This document shows positions 31,513 to 41,477 of a DNA stretch of 64,000 nt, piece after piece. Made by a program: the position numbers and the translations under genes. Within the stretch, counting starts at the first letter, position 1. Every line of letters begins with the position of its first letter. The stretch is from Hyphobacterium sp. (GTDB lineage Bacteria > Pseudomonadota > Alphaproteobacteria > Caulobacterales > Maricaulaceae). The notes below the pieces were generated by a model. That model was given only the letters and a program-made list of their open reading frames with translations. It ran no database searches and was not told where the DNA came from. The stretch spans positions 1,394,400-1,458,399 of the forward strand of contig NZ_CP121327.1 of the NCBI RefSeq assembly GCF_043584775.1, in the 5' to 3' direction.

Positions 31513-32382
31513 TCAGGCGTTCATATCGGGGCGGAAGAGCAGAACCGGCACCGGGCAATCGCGGATCATCTGGGTGGTTGTGCTGCCAATGATCAGATTT
31601 CGCAGGCGCGAATGTCCATAGGCGCCCATGACCAGAAATTCGATCTCGCCGGCCTTTGATTTTTCGGTGAATACGGCGTCCGCTTCCCCCGACACGATTT
31701 CAAAGGCCGCCTCATACCCCGCCTCGCGCAATTTTGCGGTCGCGGCTTCCATGGCTTTCACGAGCGCCTCGCTCGAATCGCCGACGTGAAGCAGATGGAT
31801 GGCCATGCCTTTGAACAATTGCCCCTTGGCGATGTGATCAACGGCCTTGGCGACGCTGGGGCCGGTATCAAAGGCAATGGTCGCGCGCTTTGGCGTCTTG
31901 AAGGCGCGCGATGTGACCAGAACCGGGCGGTGCGCGACGCGAACCACGCGCTCCAGATTGGAGCCCAGATGACGCTTGGCGAAATCGGCATGTTCACCGC
32001 GTTTGCCGATGATGAGGACGCGGGCCTCGTCCTCGACATCCTGTACCGCTTCCAGCAAGTCGCCATTGCGCAGCCTGGTCTGCACGTCCTTGCAGCCCAG
32101 GGATTCCAGATGGGCCTTGGCCGCATCGACGATCAGCCGGCCGCGTTCGCGGGCCAGACGCGCGCCCTCTTCATCATGTTTCGTCAGCTTTTCCAGAAGC
32201 TCGGAGCGGGCCCCGAGCGTCAGGTTTCCGGAGAGATTGACAGGACCGGAGCGGCCCGGACGGTGATCAATGACATGCAGCAGATCAATGCCAAATCCGG
32301 TCTTTTCAGACACCCAGGCCGCATGATCGCACGCGCTGTCGGTATAGGCCGAGCCGTCTATCAGGGTGATGATACGATTCAT
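31513..32382 (-). CDS. Universal stress protein, tandem UspA domains
   Basis: The start is taken at MNRIITLIDGSAYTDSACDHAAWV (ATG 32382, 10 nt after the SulP stop). There are two USP repeats, each ending in a G-x2-G-x9-GS-type motif (IIGKRGEH...LGSNLERV; VMGAYGHSRLRNLIIGSTTTQMI). Confidence 0.85.
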   Translation of the reverse strand: MNRIITLIDGSAYTDSACDHAAWVSEKTGFGIDLLHVIDHRPGRSGPVNLSGNLTLGARSELLEKLTKHDEEGARLARERGRLIVDAAKAHLESLGCKDVQTRLRNGDLLEAVQDVEDEARVLIIGKRGEHADFAKRHLGSNLERVVRVAHRPVLVTSRAFKTPKRATIAFDTGPSVAKAVDHIAKGQLFKGMAIHLLHVGDSSEALVKAMEAATAKLREAGYEAAFEIVSGEADAVFTEKSKAGEIEFLVMGAYGHSRLRNLIIGSTTTQMIRDCPVPVLLFRPDMNA

Positions 32383-32392
32383 GTTGCGGCTC

Positions 32393-33898
32393 CTAATGGC
32401 CTGCGGCGCGGTCAATCGCACCCGGCTTGTCGTGCTCACCGAGGCGGTCAACGATGGTTTCACTGGCTTCATTCATGCCAACCAGATGGACCGTCATACC
32501 TTCGCGGCGGAATTTCAAGACGATGAGATCAATCGCCTGCACGCTGGAAATATCCCAGATATGCGCGGCGCTGAGATCAAGCGTCACCTCGTCGAGCGCT
32601 TCCTTGAAGTCGAAGGCGTTGGTGAAGGCTTCCGTGGACGCGAAGAAAAGCTGACCCTCAACGGCATAGGTCCGCGACCGTCCATCATCCGACAGGGTCG
32701 AGGAGATCCTGAAGATCCGCGAAATCTTCCAGGCAAAGAAAATGCCCGACAGGAAGACCCCGACCATCACGCCAATCGCCAGATTGTGCGTCAGGATCAC
32801 GCCGGCGACCGTCGCCAGCATGACAACGCTGGATGAAAGCGGGTGCGAGCGCAACGATTTCACCGATGACCATGAGAAGGTCCCGATGGAGACCATGATC
32901 ATGATGGCGACCAGCGCCGGCATCGGGATGGCCGCAATCCAGTCGCCCAGCACAAGGATCATGAAGAGCAGGAAGACGCCCGCCGAGAAGGTCGACAAGC
33001 GCCCTCGTCCGCCCGATTTCACATTGATCATGGACTGACCGATCATCGCACACCCGGCCATGCCGCCGAGAAAACCGGTGACGATATTGGCCGTGCCCTG
33101 CCCCACGCATTCGCGGTTCCGGTCGGATGGTGTGTCGGTCAGATCATCGACGATCTGCTGGGTCAGGAGTGATTCCAGCAAGCCCACGGCCGCCACAGCC
33201 GCTGAATATGGCAGGATGATCATCAGGGTCTCGAAGTTGAACGGAATGTCCGGGATCAGGAAGACCGGCAACGTATCGGGCAATTCGCCCATATCGCCGA
33301 CAGTGCGGACATCCCAACCGAAATACATGGTCAGGCCTGTCAGGACGAGAATGCAGACCAGCGGAGACGGCACGGCCTTGGTAAAGCGCGGCAGGATGTA
33401 GATGATGGCCAGACCGGCCGCGACCAGCACATAGGTGAGCCAGGTCACGCCGATCAGCTCGGGCAATTGCGCCATGAAGATGAGGATGGCCAGCGCATTG
33501 ACAAAACCCGTGAGAACGGAGCGCGAGACAAAGCGCATCAGATTGCCCAGCTTCAGCGCACCGGCTCCGATCTGCAGCACGCCGGCCAGCACTGTCGCGG
33601 CCAGCAGGTATTGCAGGCCGTGATCGCGGACCAGCGTCACCATCAGAACGGCGGTCGCCGCGGTCGCCGCCGAGATCATGCCCGGACGCCCGCCGACGAA
33701 GGCAATCAGCACGGCAATCGAAAACGACGCGTAAAGCCCGATCTTGGGGTCCACGCCGGCAATGATGGAAAAGGCAATCGCTTCGGGGATCAGCGCCAGG
33801 GCCACCACAAGCCCGGCCAGCAAATCCCCGCGGATATTGCCGAACCATTCCAGCCGGGTCCGTGTCCAGTCAAAAGCGTCGAGTCGAAGAAAATGCAT
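32393..33898 (-). CDS. SulP-family anion transporter with C-terminal STAS domain
   Basis: The N-terminal [26 protein letters not shown] is the SulP signature region. The C-terminal STAS-like domain reads [28 protein letters not shown]. The start is taken at MHFLRLD (33898); an upstream ATG at 33976 is possible. Confidence 0.88.
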   Translation of the reverse strand: MHFLRLDAFDWTRTRLEWFGNIRGDLLAGLVVALALIPEAIAFSIIAGVDPKIGLYASFSIAVLIAFVGGRPGMISAATAATAVLMVTLVRDHGLQYLLAATVLAGVLQIGAGALKLGNLMRFVSRSVLTGFVNALAILIFMAQLPELIGVTWLTYVLVAAGLAIIYILPRFTKAVPSPLVCILVLTGLTMYFGWDVRTVGDMGELPDTLPVFLIPDIPFNFETLMIILPYSAAVAAVGLLESLLTQQIVDDLTDTPSDRNRECVGQGTANIVTGFLGGMAGCAMIGQSMINVKSGGRGRLSTFSAGVFLLFMILVLGDWIAAIPMPALVAIMIMVSIGTFSWSSVKSLRSHPLSSSVVMLATVAGVILTHNLAIGVMVGVFLSGIFFAWKISRIFRISSTLSDDGRSRTYAVEGQLFFASTEAFTNAFDFKEALDEVTLDLSAAHIWDISSVQAIDLIVLKFRREGMTVHLVGMNEASETIVDRLGEHDKPGAIDRAAGH

Positions 33899-34020
33899 AA
33901 CGTCCGGTCCGGAATAAGCGGGGCGATCATCGCCGCGTCGCAAAAGAGCGGCGCGTCTAACAGAGCTCGACGCCATTGGAAACCGGCGATCGTGGGCGGC
34001 GGCTATGCGTATTCAGGATG

Positions 34021-35244
34021 CTAGGCTTCGCCGCTTTCAGCGGGCATGCCCAGAAGGATCACCGCGAAGGCCAACACCGCTCCGCTCGCAAAAAGGGCCG
34101 CGCGGGCATATTGTGGCTTGTCCGCTCTCAGCGCGCTGATCACCGCAGTGACGCATTGCAGTAAATAATAGGCGGCGAAGGCTTTGGAGGCATAGACGAT
34201 GATCTGGTAGATATTTGCGCCCCAGGTCAGTGCTATGGCCGCGATGGCCGTGATTGCATAGTCATAACGCATCTGAATGCGTTTGCCGGAAATATCCTCC
34301 ACGAGGCCGCTTGATCCGTTCATGTCGGCCACCGCCGCAGAGAGCTGCGAAGCCAGAGCGACAATGATCAACATGGGCGCCACAACAAAGGCCATCGGTC
34401 GCAAAAGGTCGATCACCGCGGTTTCGCCTCCGACCGGCGGCAGCGGCCCCGCAAACCACGGCGTGGCGAGACCAATGAAGGCCACATAGATGACGGTCGC
34501 AATGATTTGCGCATAGCGCATTGTATTGATGCGCATATCCGCCTTGTAGGCGCTGCCGAGATAGCGCGAGGTTTCGAAGCCCTGTACCAGAATGACAAGT
34601 CCGAGAAGGATGCGCACCTGATCGCCAGTGGATGGCAATTCATGCGAGGCTACTTCCGGTGGCGCGCCGCCCCATCCAAAGACCAGCGACATGGCAAGAC
34701 CGATGATAAGGGCCGCGATAACGCCCAGCTTCAGCCCGACGGCGGCGACTTCCACATGCTCCAGCCATTTTAATCCGCGTATGACGCCCAGTATCGCCAA
34801 CCCGGCCAGCACTGCCGTGGTCAGGGCGTCGATCCAGAACTGGTCCATGATTCCAAAACCGCGGAGCGCAAAAGCGGCGAAGAGATTGAGGTAATACGCG
34901 ACGGATACCCAGTAGGCGAAAGCCAGCACAAGCGCTGATGCCTGATCAAGACGTCGAAAGACAACCTGTTTGCGATTTTCCAGCACGCCTTCGACGTTCG
35001 CGATATTATGGCGGATGGCCGATCCGAACAGCCAGCCCGCCGCACAAAGCGCGGCGATACCGAAAGCAGCAAAGTCGCCAACCGCGTGCGCAAGTATCGG
35101 TGCCGCAACGAGAAAGCCGGACCCGATAATCGAGGCCAGCGGAGTAACGGTGGCTCGCCAGCTTTTGTTGCCCGTTACAGCCGGCAGCAGCAATGCACCC
35201 GATGCCGCAATCAGGACAATGACGAGAAGGATATTCATGGCCAT
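34021..35244 (-). CDS. Polytopic inner-membrane protein, probable transporter (family not recognised)
   Basis: 407-aa ORF with about 11 hydrophobic segments. No motif I can name. It lies adjacent to, and in the same orientation as, the AlaDH/PNT-family gene. Confidence 0.6.
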   Translation of the reverse strand: MAMNILLVIVLIAASGALLLPAVTGNKSWRATVTPLASIIGSGFLVAAPILAHAVGDFAAFGIAALCAAGWLFGSAIRHNIANVEGVLENRKQVVFRRLDQASALVLAFAYWVSVAYYLNLFAAFALRGFGIMDQFWIDALTTAVLAGLAILGVIRGLKWLEHVEVAAVGLKLGVIAALIIGLAMSLVFGWGGAPPEVASHELPSTGDQVRILLGLVILVQGFETSRYLGSAYKADMRINTMRYAQIIATVIYVAFIGLATPWFAGPLPPVGGETAVIDLLRPMAFVVAPMLIIVALASQLSAAVADMNGSSGLVEDISGKRIQMRYDYAITAIAAIALTWGANIYQIIVYASKAFAAYYLLQCVTAVISALRADKPQYARAALFASGAVLAFAVILLGMPAESGEA

Positions 35245-35296
35245 ACCCCCTCATAGGTGAATCGCGCCGGGAAGTAACGGGCCCGGAAGGCGATGG

Positions 35297-36442
35297 CTAC
35301 TGGATAGCAGCGTGAGGATAGTCCGCCTGCCGGTTCTGGAAGGTCAGAATTCCCGGCTTCACGACAATGCCGTTCTCGATATTGATGGCGCGGCGGATGG
35401 TTTCATTGGCTTGCCAAGCGTCATGCCCATCGACAACGGAGGGCAAGTGCTGAACCAGCGCGGCCGAGATTGACCGCGTTGCGCTTTCCCAGAGATAGCT
35501 GGGCGTGTGATCAACGGCATAGTAGTCGACCTTGCCAACGCGGATCATGGGCTCCCTGAAGGTTGTCGGTACGGCAAAATAGAATCCCATGCCTTCATCA
35601 CAACTGACATCAATGATCAGGCAACCGGGCTTCAGGCAGTCCTTTTCTGCTTCGGTGACGAAATCAATCGGATGGTCGGGGTCCTGAAATGTGCCGTTCA
35701 CGATAATGTCGGACTGCCGGATCAGATCACAGAGGTCACTGGTGCCGCCGTCATGCTCGATCACCTGCATGCGTGCCTGCCCTTCGCCGCCCTCATGGAT
35801 GCGGACATAATGACAATCGAGCACCTCCTCGCGCACTTCGTGATCCGGGCGCTGGATGCAAATCGTGATGTCGCGGAAACCGTGCGCCTTTAGCGCATAA
35901 ATTGCGCCGCGACTCACCGCGCCAAAGCTGAAGATAATGACTTTGCGCTGATTGCCGTAATGCCCGTCTATGCCTTTCAGGCGAAGCGCGTGGAGCACGG
36001 CGCAATAGCCCGCCATTTCGTTATTCTTGTAAAAGGTGTGTCGACCCATTTGACCGGTTTTGCCCCAGACAAACATGTCTTCGAATGCAATCAGGGTCTG
36101 CCTGCGGTCTATTGCAACCTGGGTGATGGCGCGTTGCTGGGCGCAGTGCGGATAGCCCCATAGAATGCCGCCTTCGCGGAGCTCTTCCAAATCCGACAGA
36201 ACGGGTTTGGCGATAATGACATTGCCGAGTGTTGCCAGAAGCTCCTGACGGGACGCCATGCCGCCAACCTGTCTCTCAATTTCGGCATCCGGGACATCGA
36301 ATGGTGCGCCATAGCCTTCTTCGAAGATCAGTTGCTTGCGATAGACTTCGGGGAGTCGTCGCAGATGTTCCGGATGAATGGGAAGGCGTTGCTCGTCGGT
36401 CTTTTTAGAGGTCCCGATGACCCCTAAAGTGAGTTGACTCAT
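35297..36442 (-). CDS. AlaDH/PNT-family NAD(P)-dependent oxidoreductase, N5-(carboxyethyl)ornithine-synthase-like
   Basis: 381-aa ORF. A Rossmann-type segment KVIIFSFGAVSRGAIYALKAHGF and the overall layout resemble alanine dehydrogenase/PNT N- and C-domains. The specific CEOS-like call is from memory of similarly annotated proteins and is tentative. Confidence 0.5.
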   Translation of the reverse strand: MSQLTLGVIGTSKKTDEQRLPIHPEHLRRLPEVYRKQLIFEEGYGAPFDVPDAEIERQVGGMASRQELLATLGNVIIAKPVLSDLEELREGGILWGYPHCAQQRAITQVAIDRRQTLIAFEDMFVWGKTGQMGRHTFYKNNEMAGYCAVLHALRLKGIDGHYGNQRKVIIFSFGAVSRGAIYALKAHGFRDITICIQRPDHEVREEVLDCHYVRIHEGGEGQARMQVIEHDGGTSDLCDLIRQSDIIVNGTFQDPDHPIDFVTEAEKDCLKPGCLIIDVSCDEGMGFYFAVPTTFREPMIRVGKVDYYAVDHTPSYLWESATRSISAALVQHLPSVVDGHDAWQANETIRRAINIENGIVVKPGILTFQNRQADYPHAAIQ

Positions 36443-36551
36443 TGAATGTCCTTTGAGGATCCAGCGCGCCGATCGTATTCAGGGGGCTGCTCCAGCCCGG
36501 TCGGTGCGCCTTTTTCAGGCCAATAGCAATGGCACGCCGGAAATGAGCAAG

Positions 36552-36578
36552 AAAAAAGCCGCCCGGTCGGGGCGGCTT
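36552..36578 (-). terminator. Rho-independent terminator, the native tRNA-Asp terminator now stranded next to the partial tRNA copy
   Basis: The reverse strand reads AAGAAAGCCGCCCCGACCGGGCGGCTTTTTTC and begins about 12 nt after the truncated tRNA-Asp 3' end (36591). Confidence 0.75.
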
Positions 36579-36584
36579 TCTTGA

Positions 36585-36640
<56 letters not shown>

Positions 36641-36759
36641 TGAAACGTCAAAGATTTCAATACAGCGTTCCGACAAAATGGTCGGAAATCGGGGCTCTTT
36701 GCAGTTTCAGACAGGCTTGAGTCGGAACACGGAAAAACGTTTGAACGGCATCGTCCAAT

Positions 36760-37269
36760 CTATTGTTGCCAAGAAAGCCGCTCGTCGCTTCCCGGTGAAA
36801 TGGCCGCAACTTCTAACCGATATCGGATGCCCGGATTTGTGGATTCGATCTCATCCGACAATTCAATGACCCAATTGGTATTCTCCAAGCCCGCTTGTGC
36901 GGCGAAAACACTGAGAACTTGAATCGCCTCGGCCTCGTTCAATGCAACGATCCGTGCATCGACAAATTCACCTTGATCGACGCCAGACTGCATCATCGTT
37001 TCCAGCAATGTGCAGGCTGAAAGACGCGCCTGCATGATGATATCAGTTCCGTGCCCTGCCCATTGTTGGACGCCATAAATACTTGGTGCAAAACAGTTCG
37101 AGCCTTCGCTGCTTAAATAGACGATATCCGGCTCATACTCGGCAGCTGTATTGATCCCTTCTTGCCGAATGATATCGAGCCATCGCTCGTCATCAGCTGC
37201 TGCCTGTGACGGAAATACGACCACCATGCTGGCAACAAGGAACCAACCGACCTTTAAAACCAAACCCAT
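36760..37269 (-). CDS. Hypothetical exported protein
   Basis: The start is taken at MGLVLKVGWFLVASMVVVFPSQAAADD (signal peptide), with GGAG 8 nt upstream of ATG 37269. It lies downstream of the RHH-TM gene. No recognisable domain. Confidence 0.6.
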   Translation of the reverse strand: MGLVLKVGWFLVASMVVVFPSQAAADDERWLDIIRQEGINTAAEYEPDIVYLSSEGSNCFAPSIYGVQQWAGHGTDIIMQARLSACTLLETMMQSGVDQGEFVDARIVALNEAEAIQVLSVFAAQAGLENTNWVIELSDEIESTNPGIRYRLEVAAISPGSDERLSWQQ

Positions 37270-37297
37270 TGCGACGCTCCATTCTGCATCCGTCCGC

Positions 37298-37969
37298 TTA
37301 TTCCTCGGCCGCAACCAGCGCGGGCCTTAAACTAATAGAGATTAATCCCGCGTCTTCGCTGCCAGTGTCCAACCTCGACAATGACCCAATTCTTGCCCGC
37401 ATCACCTGATCGAAAATCACACGCCGTTCGCTGCTCTCTTCGTCAACCAAGATGAATTGAACTGTGTAGACGAGATGCTCTCCTTCGGGGGCTTCAATGG
37501 CCGACACTGTTACCCAAAGAGCGGCATCTTCCGTATATGAAGCATCAACAAGCCCCGTTCCGAAAACGGCTTCTAACGCTGGACGAAACCGAGTGAAGCG
37601 GATGCCATTCTGCTCACCGAAATCATGGCGAATACGAGCATCCATCATGGCGCGGTTTTGTGTATCAGAGACCGCGGCGACCATCACACTGATATCAGTT
37701 TCCAATTGGGTGGCGGAAGCCTGTTGTGTTGAGTTTGAGCCGAACGCCATGAACAGAAGGGCAATCCCGACTATCATGCCTAAACCGTAGAATGGGGCAC
37801 GAGAACGCTGACGTGCGTTAATGCTGGGAGAAAGATATCCATCAATCAGTTCTCGAACGACCGCACTGGTGGACTTTCCTTCGCGCGTTGCTGCCCGCGC
37901 CAATTCCGATTTCTTGCTGGGCGAGATGCGTATTTCAACGCCTTCTGTCTTCTTATCGTCTTCGCTCAT
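37298..37969 (-). CDS. Membrane-anchored ribbon-helix-helix (CopG/MobC-like) protein with a periplasmic C-terminal domain
   Basis: The start is taken at MSEDDKKTEGVEIRISPSKKSELARAATREGKSTSAVVRELIDGYL (beta-strand plus two helices, typical RHH). A TM helix APFYGLGMIVGIALLFMAFG follows, then an unassigned domain of about 140 aa. It has the same architecture as 50828-51490. Confidence 0.6.
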   Translation of the reverse strand: MSEDDKKTEGVEIRISPSKKSELARAATREGKSTSAVVRELIDGYLSPSINARQRSRAPFYGLGMIVGIALLFMAFGSNSTQQASATQLETDISVMVAAVSDTQNRAMMDARIRHDFGEQNGIRFTRFRPALEAVFGTGLVDASYTEDAALWVTVSAIEAPEGEHLVYTVQFILVDEESSERRVIFDQVMRARIGSLSRLDTGSEDAGLISISLRPALVAAEE

Positions 37970-38194
37970 GGCCGCCCCTAAGGAATCAAAATCAGTGACT
38001 GATTGAAAACTCGTGGAAGATATCGACCTCATGCAAGGAAAACCGTGTCCCGACATTACAGGTCTGAACTAAATGCGGCCTTTAGCCGTGCCGCCAGCTA
38101 AGCCTCAGTCTCATGACTTCCGTGAATAATTCGAGGACAAGCTCAAGGAAGCCATGCGGACAGCTGACGCGAGATTGTTGAATGGATGATCGTG

Positions 38195-39118
38195 CTAGTT
38201 GACCGATTTGATCGGCATTCTTGACGAGACATTGTCTATCGCGGCATTCGCTATAGCATCTTGTAGACACTGGAATGCGGGTGCCTGCTGAAAAACGTGG
38301 TTTCTTCCAACGACGGCGACAATGGTCTCGCCGTCGGCAATCAAAGAAGATATTCGCCGGAACATGGCGACATTGCGGATATTGGACTCAACGCGGTTCG
38401 CTTCATTTATTAGGCGCCCGCCAGTTTGGCTGCCGTCCAGCATCGGATTGAACCAATCCCCCGGAATCTGACTGAATTCAAGGCCCGGCCAAACATCTTG
38501 GAAGTGTTCTTGATATTCGTCGAATGCCGCAATGGGCATAGGCCAACCCCACGCCTCGCCACGACTTTGCAGGCTTGAAATATACCGATCTGACCGTTCG
38601 GTCAGCTGTGTTCCATTAATTCTTTGTCGAACCCAACCGCGCACCCGTCGCGTGATCAAATACATCTGATAATCAAGGGCTGAAATCTTGTTCAATACCT
38701 CCGCCCAAAGATCGGGCTCGCTTGGTTCCAATGTTCCCGTCGGAATGCCGAGCGAACTTGCCAATGATTGAGTATAACCCGGCTCAAAATACCGCTGCAC
38801 GGCTTCTCTCAAGTTCGCGGTGTTCGGCCATGAATAGCCTTCGTGCAAAACGATATCTGGCTGGTCGTCTTCAATAGCGGATTGTATGGCGATCAATTGC
38901 GGGTCGTCAGGATCATTCGTATGTGCCGCACCAATGTAAATTAGTTCGGCGCCGTTGCTGAACGACAGGTTTAGCTCAGAATCTACAAAGTCGACTTCGT
39001 CTTCGCGCAATAATGCGACACGGTCTGCGCATGTTTCAATGATTGCGGCGATCTGTTGCGATTGAGATTCGAAGTCCGGCGGTGCGGCTAAAGCAAGTAA
39101 TGCCAGTGCAAAATTCAA
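38195..39118 (-). CDS. Exported protein, Tiki/TraB/GumN/ChaN-superfamily-like
   Basis: 307-aa ORF. It has two GxxH-type motifs (LIYIGAAHTND ... IVAVVGRNHV) with an intervening DIVLHEG, the pattern I associate with the TraB/Tiki/erythromycin-esterase superfamily. The N-terminus is short and hydrophobic. Confidence 0.4.
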   Translation of the reverse strand: MNFALALLALAAPPDFESQSQQIAAIIETCADRVALLREDEVDFVDSELNLSFSNGAELIYIGAAHTNDPDDPQLIAIQSAIEDDQPDIVLHEGYSWPNTANLREAVQRYFEPGYTQSLASSLGIPTGTLEPSEPDLWAEVLNKISALDYQMYLITRRVRGWVRQRINGTQLTERSDRYISSLQSRGEAWGWPMPIAAFDEYQEHFQDVWPGLEFSQIPGDWFNPMLDGSQTGGRLINEANRVESNIRNVAMFRRISSLIADGETIVAVVGRNHVFQQAPAFQCLQDAIANAAIDNVSSRMPIKSVN

Positions 39119-39190
39119 AGCATCCTCCGCTTGCCAAACAAAGCGCGGAAAGTCTCTATTGCTACCCCTTGGGACATGAAGCGCATATAA

Positions 39191-39925
39191 TTATGGCCTT
39201 TCCCAATCACACGAGCCCGCATCATCAACACCGCCACCGTGGACAAACTGGTTCCTTCTTCCGGTCGCCGCAAAGATGCGTTCTTCCCGTTCAGCTTCCC
39301 ATGGTGAGACCGGATCGTTTGCAGACCATTCTACAAACATGTCCCACTCATCGTCTGGAATGCGAACGCCGTGGGTGTCGTGCATGTAGAACCAAACGCG
39401 TGCGACATCGCCTCGATGGCACGGCGGCGGTTCAAACCTGCCTCGGTCGTCTTCAATCTGGCAGGAACCGTAATCGCTCGTTTCGTCTGGAAGGTCAGCG
39501 TAACGATCATTGCTGCGGTGTTGGTTCACCTGACCGATAGACGGAGCAAGATTATGAAGGTCGAAGATCATGGCCTGAGCGTTGGCATTCTCTTGTTCAC
39601 AACGACCGCGACTTCCATCCGGTCCGGCCCAGCACGCCCATTGCCTCGCCGGCATCAGTGAAGCTGGGACAATGTGCTCCCATTCAACTCGTTGAGCACG
39701 AGATGAAGCATTGTTTCCACTATCGTATCCGCAGGCATCAAGATCATCGATGGAACCTGATCCATCATTGTCTTCGTGGGATGTATATGAGCATCCGCAA
39801 TAGAACGTCGAACGATGTTCGGCCGTGTAGATGACATCGTCGGCTTCGTTCTTCGTGTCAGCCCAGTCTTGAGCAAACGCGCTGAATGGAAGCAGCAGAA
39901 GAAACAGAGCTAGGGACCGGATCAT
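39191..39925 (-). CDS. endA: Extracellular/periplasmic endonuclease I (EndA/Vvn family)
   Basis: Signal peptide MIRSLALFLLLLPFSAFAQD. Family motifs are present: TFYCGC, VEWEHIVPAS, DLHNLAPSIGQVNQHRSN, RGDVARVWFYM and REERIFAATGRRNQFV. Confidence 0.9.
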   Translation of the reverse strand: MIRSLALFLLLLPFSAFAQDWADTKNEADDVIYTAEHRSTFYCGCSYTSHEDNDGSGSIDDLDACGYDSGNNASSRAQRVEWEHIVPASLMPARQWACWAGPDGSRGRCEQENANAQAMIFDLHNLAPSIGQVNQHRSNDRYADLPDETSDYGSCQIEDDRGRFEPPPCHRGDVARVWFYMHDTHGVRIPDDEWDMFVEWSANDPVSPWEAEREERIFAATGRRNQFVHGGGVDDAGSCDWERP

Positions 39926-39977
39926 GAGCTCGTGATAACCGTGCCGATTGGGGAATATGGCAGTGTCATTGAAACCT

Positions 39978-41327
39978 TCACTCCGCAGACATCAGTATAT
40001 CAGGACGACGAATGAGCCGATCGGGAAGCTGAATGTCGACGCGATACCGGCCCGGCGGAAGAAGAAGCTGAACCTGATCCGCTGCTTCGCCTTCTTGTAA
40101 CGCATACTGGTCGGTCGCGATTGCGTTTACCACCATAGGCAAACGAAACGCTTGAACCACTGCCGGCCGATCCGAAACATCTGAAACATCAACCCAAGCC
40201 GATCGCCGATCTGGCAACTCCCACAACCATCGGGGTCGGCGATCATTTTCTCTAGCACCCTCGGTCGGGGTAAACACTACAAGGTCTGCCTGCCAACGGT
40301 CAGGCGGCGGCGCCAATGCTTGGTCATTTTGGTCTATCAGCACGCTTGGCTCGCTGAACTCGAAGCGATCTGAAATTAGTCTGGCGGACTGTGCAATACT
40401 GGTGGTCCCGATCCCGGCGCCGCTAACTTGATCTATCGTTAAAGGGTCATATCCAGTTAATTCCGAAAGCGCTGCCGCCATCCAGCCATTCTGATAACCA
40501 TCCGCAGATCGACCGGGCGTTTCGTCGAGGTGCGCAAGTCCTACATACAAGACAACACGCGCATCCGGATTTTGAGCAAAGACACGTTCAAAGATATTTT
40601 GGGCTTGGACGGTTTCGCGATGATTTATCCGAGCCTCGCGAGAGCAAGATTGAGTCGAACAGTCGAGTCTTTGATCGCTGCGCACCTCATATGGAAACCA
40701 CACAAATTGTTCGGCCACTGCGGTTTCGAGCAAATGGGCCATCATGGGGTCGCCAAAATAGAATCCCATTTCCCGAACAGGCACGCCGTTTTGATTCCAT
40801 GCCGTTTCGGAAATTTGCGAGAGTGCTTCCATGCCAAAATGCGTGAAGCCCTCGGCTCTAAGGATCGGCAGCAATTCTGCCATAAATGCTCGATGACGCC
40901 CCATTTGGTGGGATTCATTGACGATCACGACCTGCCTGCCTCGAACGGCTTCCTGAATGTATTCGATGGCGTTTGCTGCACGATAGCCTTCAAGCGCCTC
41001 TGGGGTGACCCATACTTCGTCGTCGGCTGAAATCTCCCGGTTTTCCGAAAACATTTCTGGGGCGATGATGAAATACGCCTCGTCATACCGGCCAGTGAAA
41101 TTCAAAAGCTGCGCTTCGCCATCTCTGAGAAATTGCTCTGCGAAATCGTCCGGCAATCCGTCGGGCAATACTTCTGACTGAATTGCAGCTGCGTATTCAC
41201 CTTGTGCAGCATAGCTCGTCCAAGGACGAGCAACGGCCTCTCCTTCATCTTGTGCTGACGTCAATCCGCCACCAAAGACGGTGAGCACAGCGACAAAAAT
41301 ATGCTTCATTGAAAACAATTGATGCAT
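39978..41327 (-). CDS. Exported protein with a ChaN-like (haem-binding/Tiki superfamily) domain
   Basis: A signal peptide is present (possible start at MKHIFVAVLTVFGGGLTSAQ, 41309). VVIVNESHQMGRHRAFMAELLPILRAEGFTHFGMEAL and VVLYVGLAHLDE match the ChaN/Cofac_haem_bdg pattern as I recall it. Confidence 0.45.
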   Translation of the reverse strand: MHQLFSMKHIFVAVLTVFGGGLTSAQDEGEAVARPWTSYAAQGEYAAAIQSEVLPDGLPDDFAEQFLRDGEAQLLNFTGRYDEAYFIIAPEMFSENREISADDEVWVTPEALEGYRAANAIEYIQEAVRGRQVVIVNESHQMGRHRAFMAELLPILRAEGFTHFGMEALSQISETAWNQNGVPVREMGFYFGDPMMAHLLETAVAEQFVWFPYEVRSDQRLDCSTQSCSREARINHRETVQAQNIFERVFAQNPDARVVLYVGLAHLDETPGRSADGYQNGWMAAALSELTGYDPLTIDQVSGAGIGTTSIAQSARLISDRFEFSEPSVLIDQNDQALAPPPDRWQADLVVFTPTEGARENDRRPRWLWELPDRRSAWVDVSDVSDRPAVVQAFRLPMVVNAIATDQYALQEGEAADQVQLLLPPGRYRVDIQLPDRLIRRPDILMSAE

Positions 41328-41477
41328 GGAACCCTCTCCCCATTCCGTCCAGCCTCGATTCTCTGCGGAGGTGAAATCGTCAGCTAGTAAACAACTACAG
41401 CCAAATTAACTGCGACCAAAGGTGGTGGGGATGTTAGAGTCGCCGATGGCAAAAATAAGGCGCCCAAATAGACCAAG

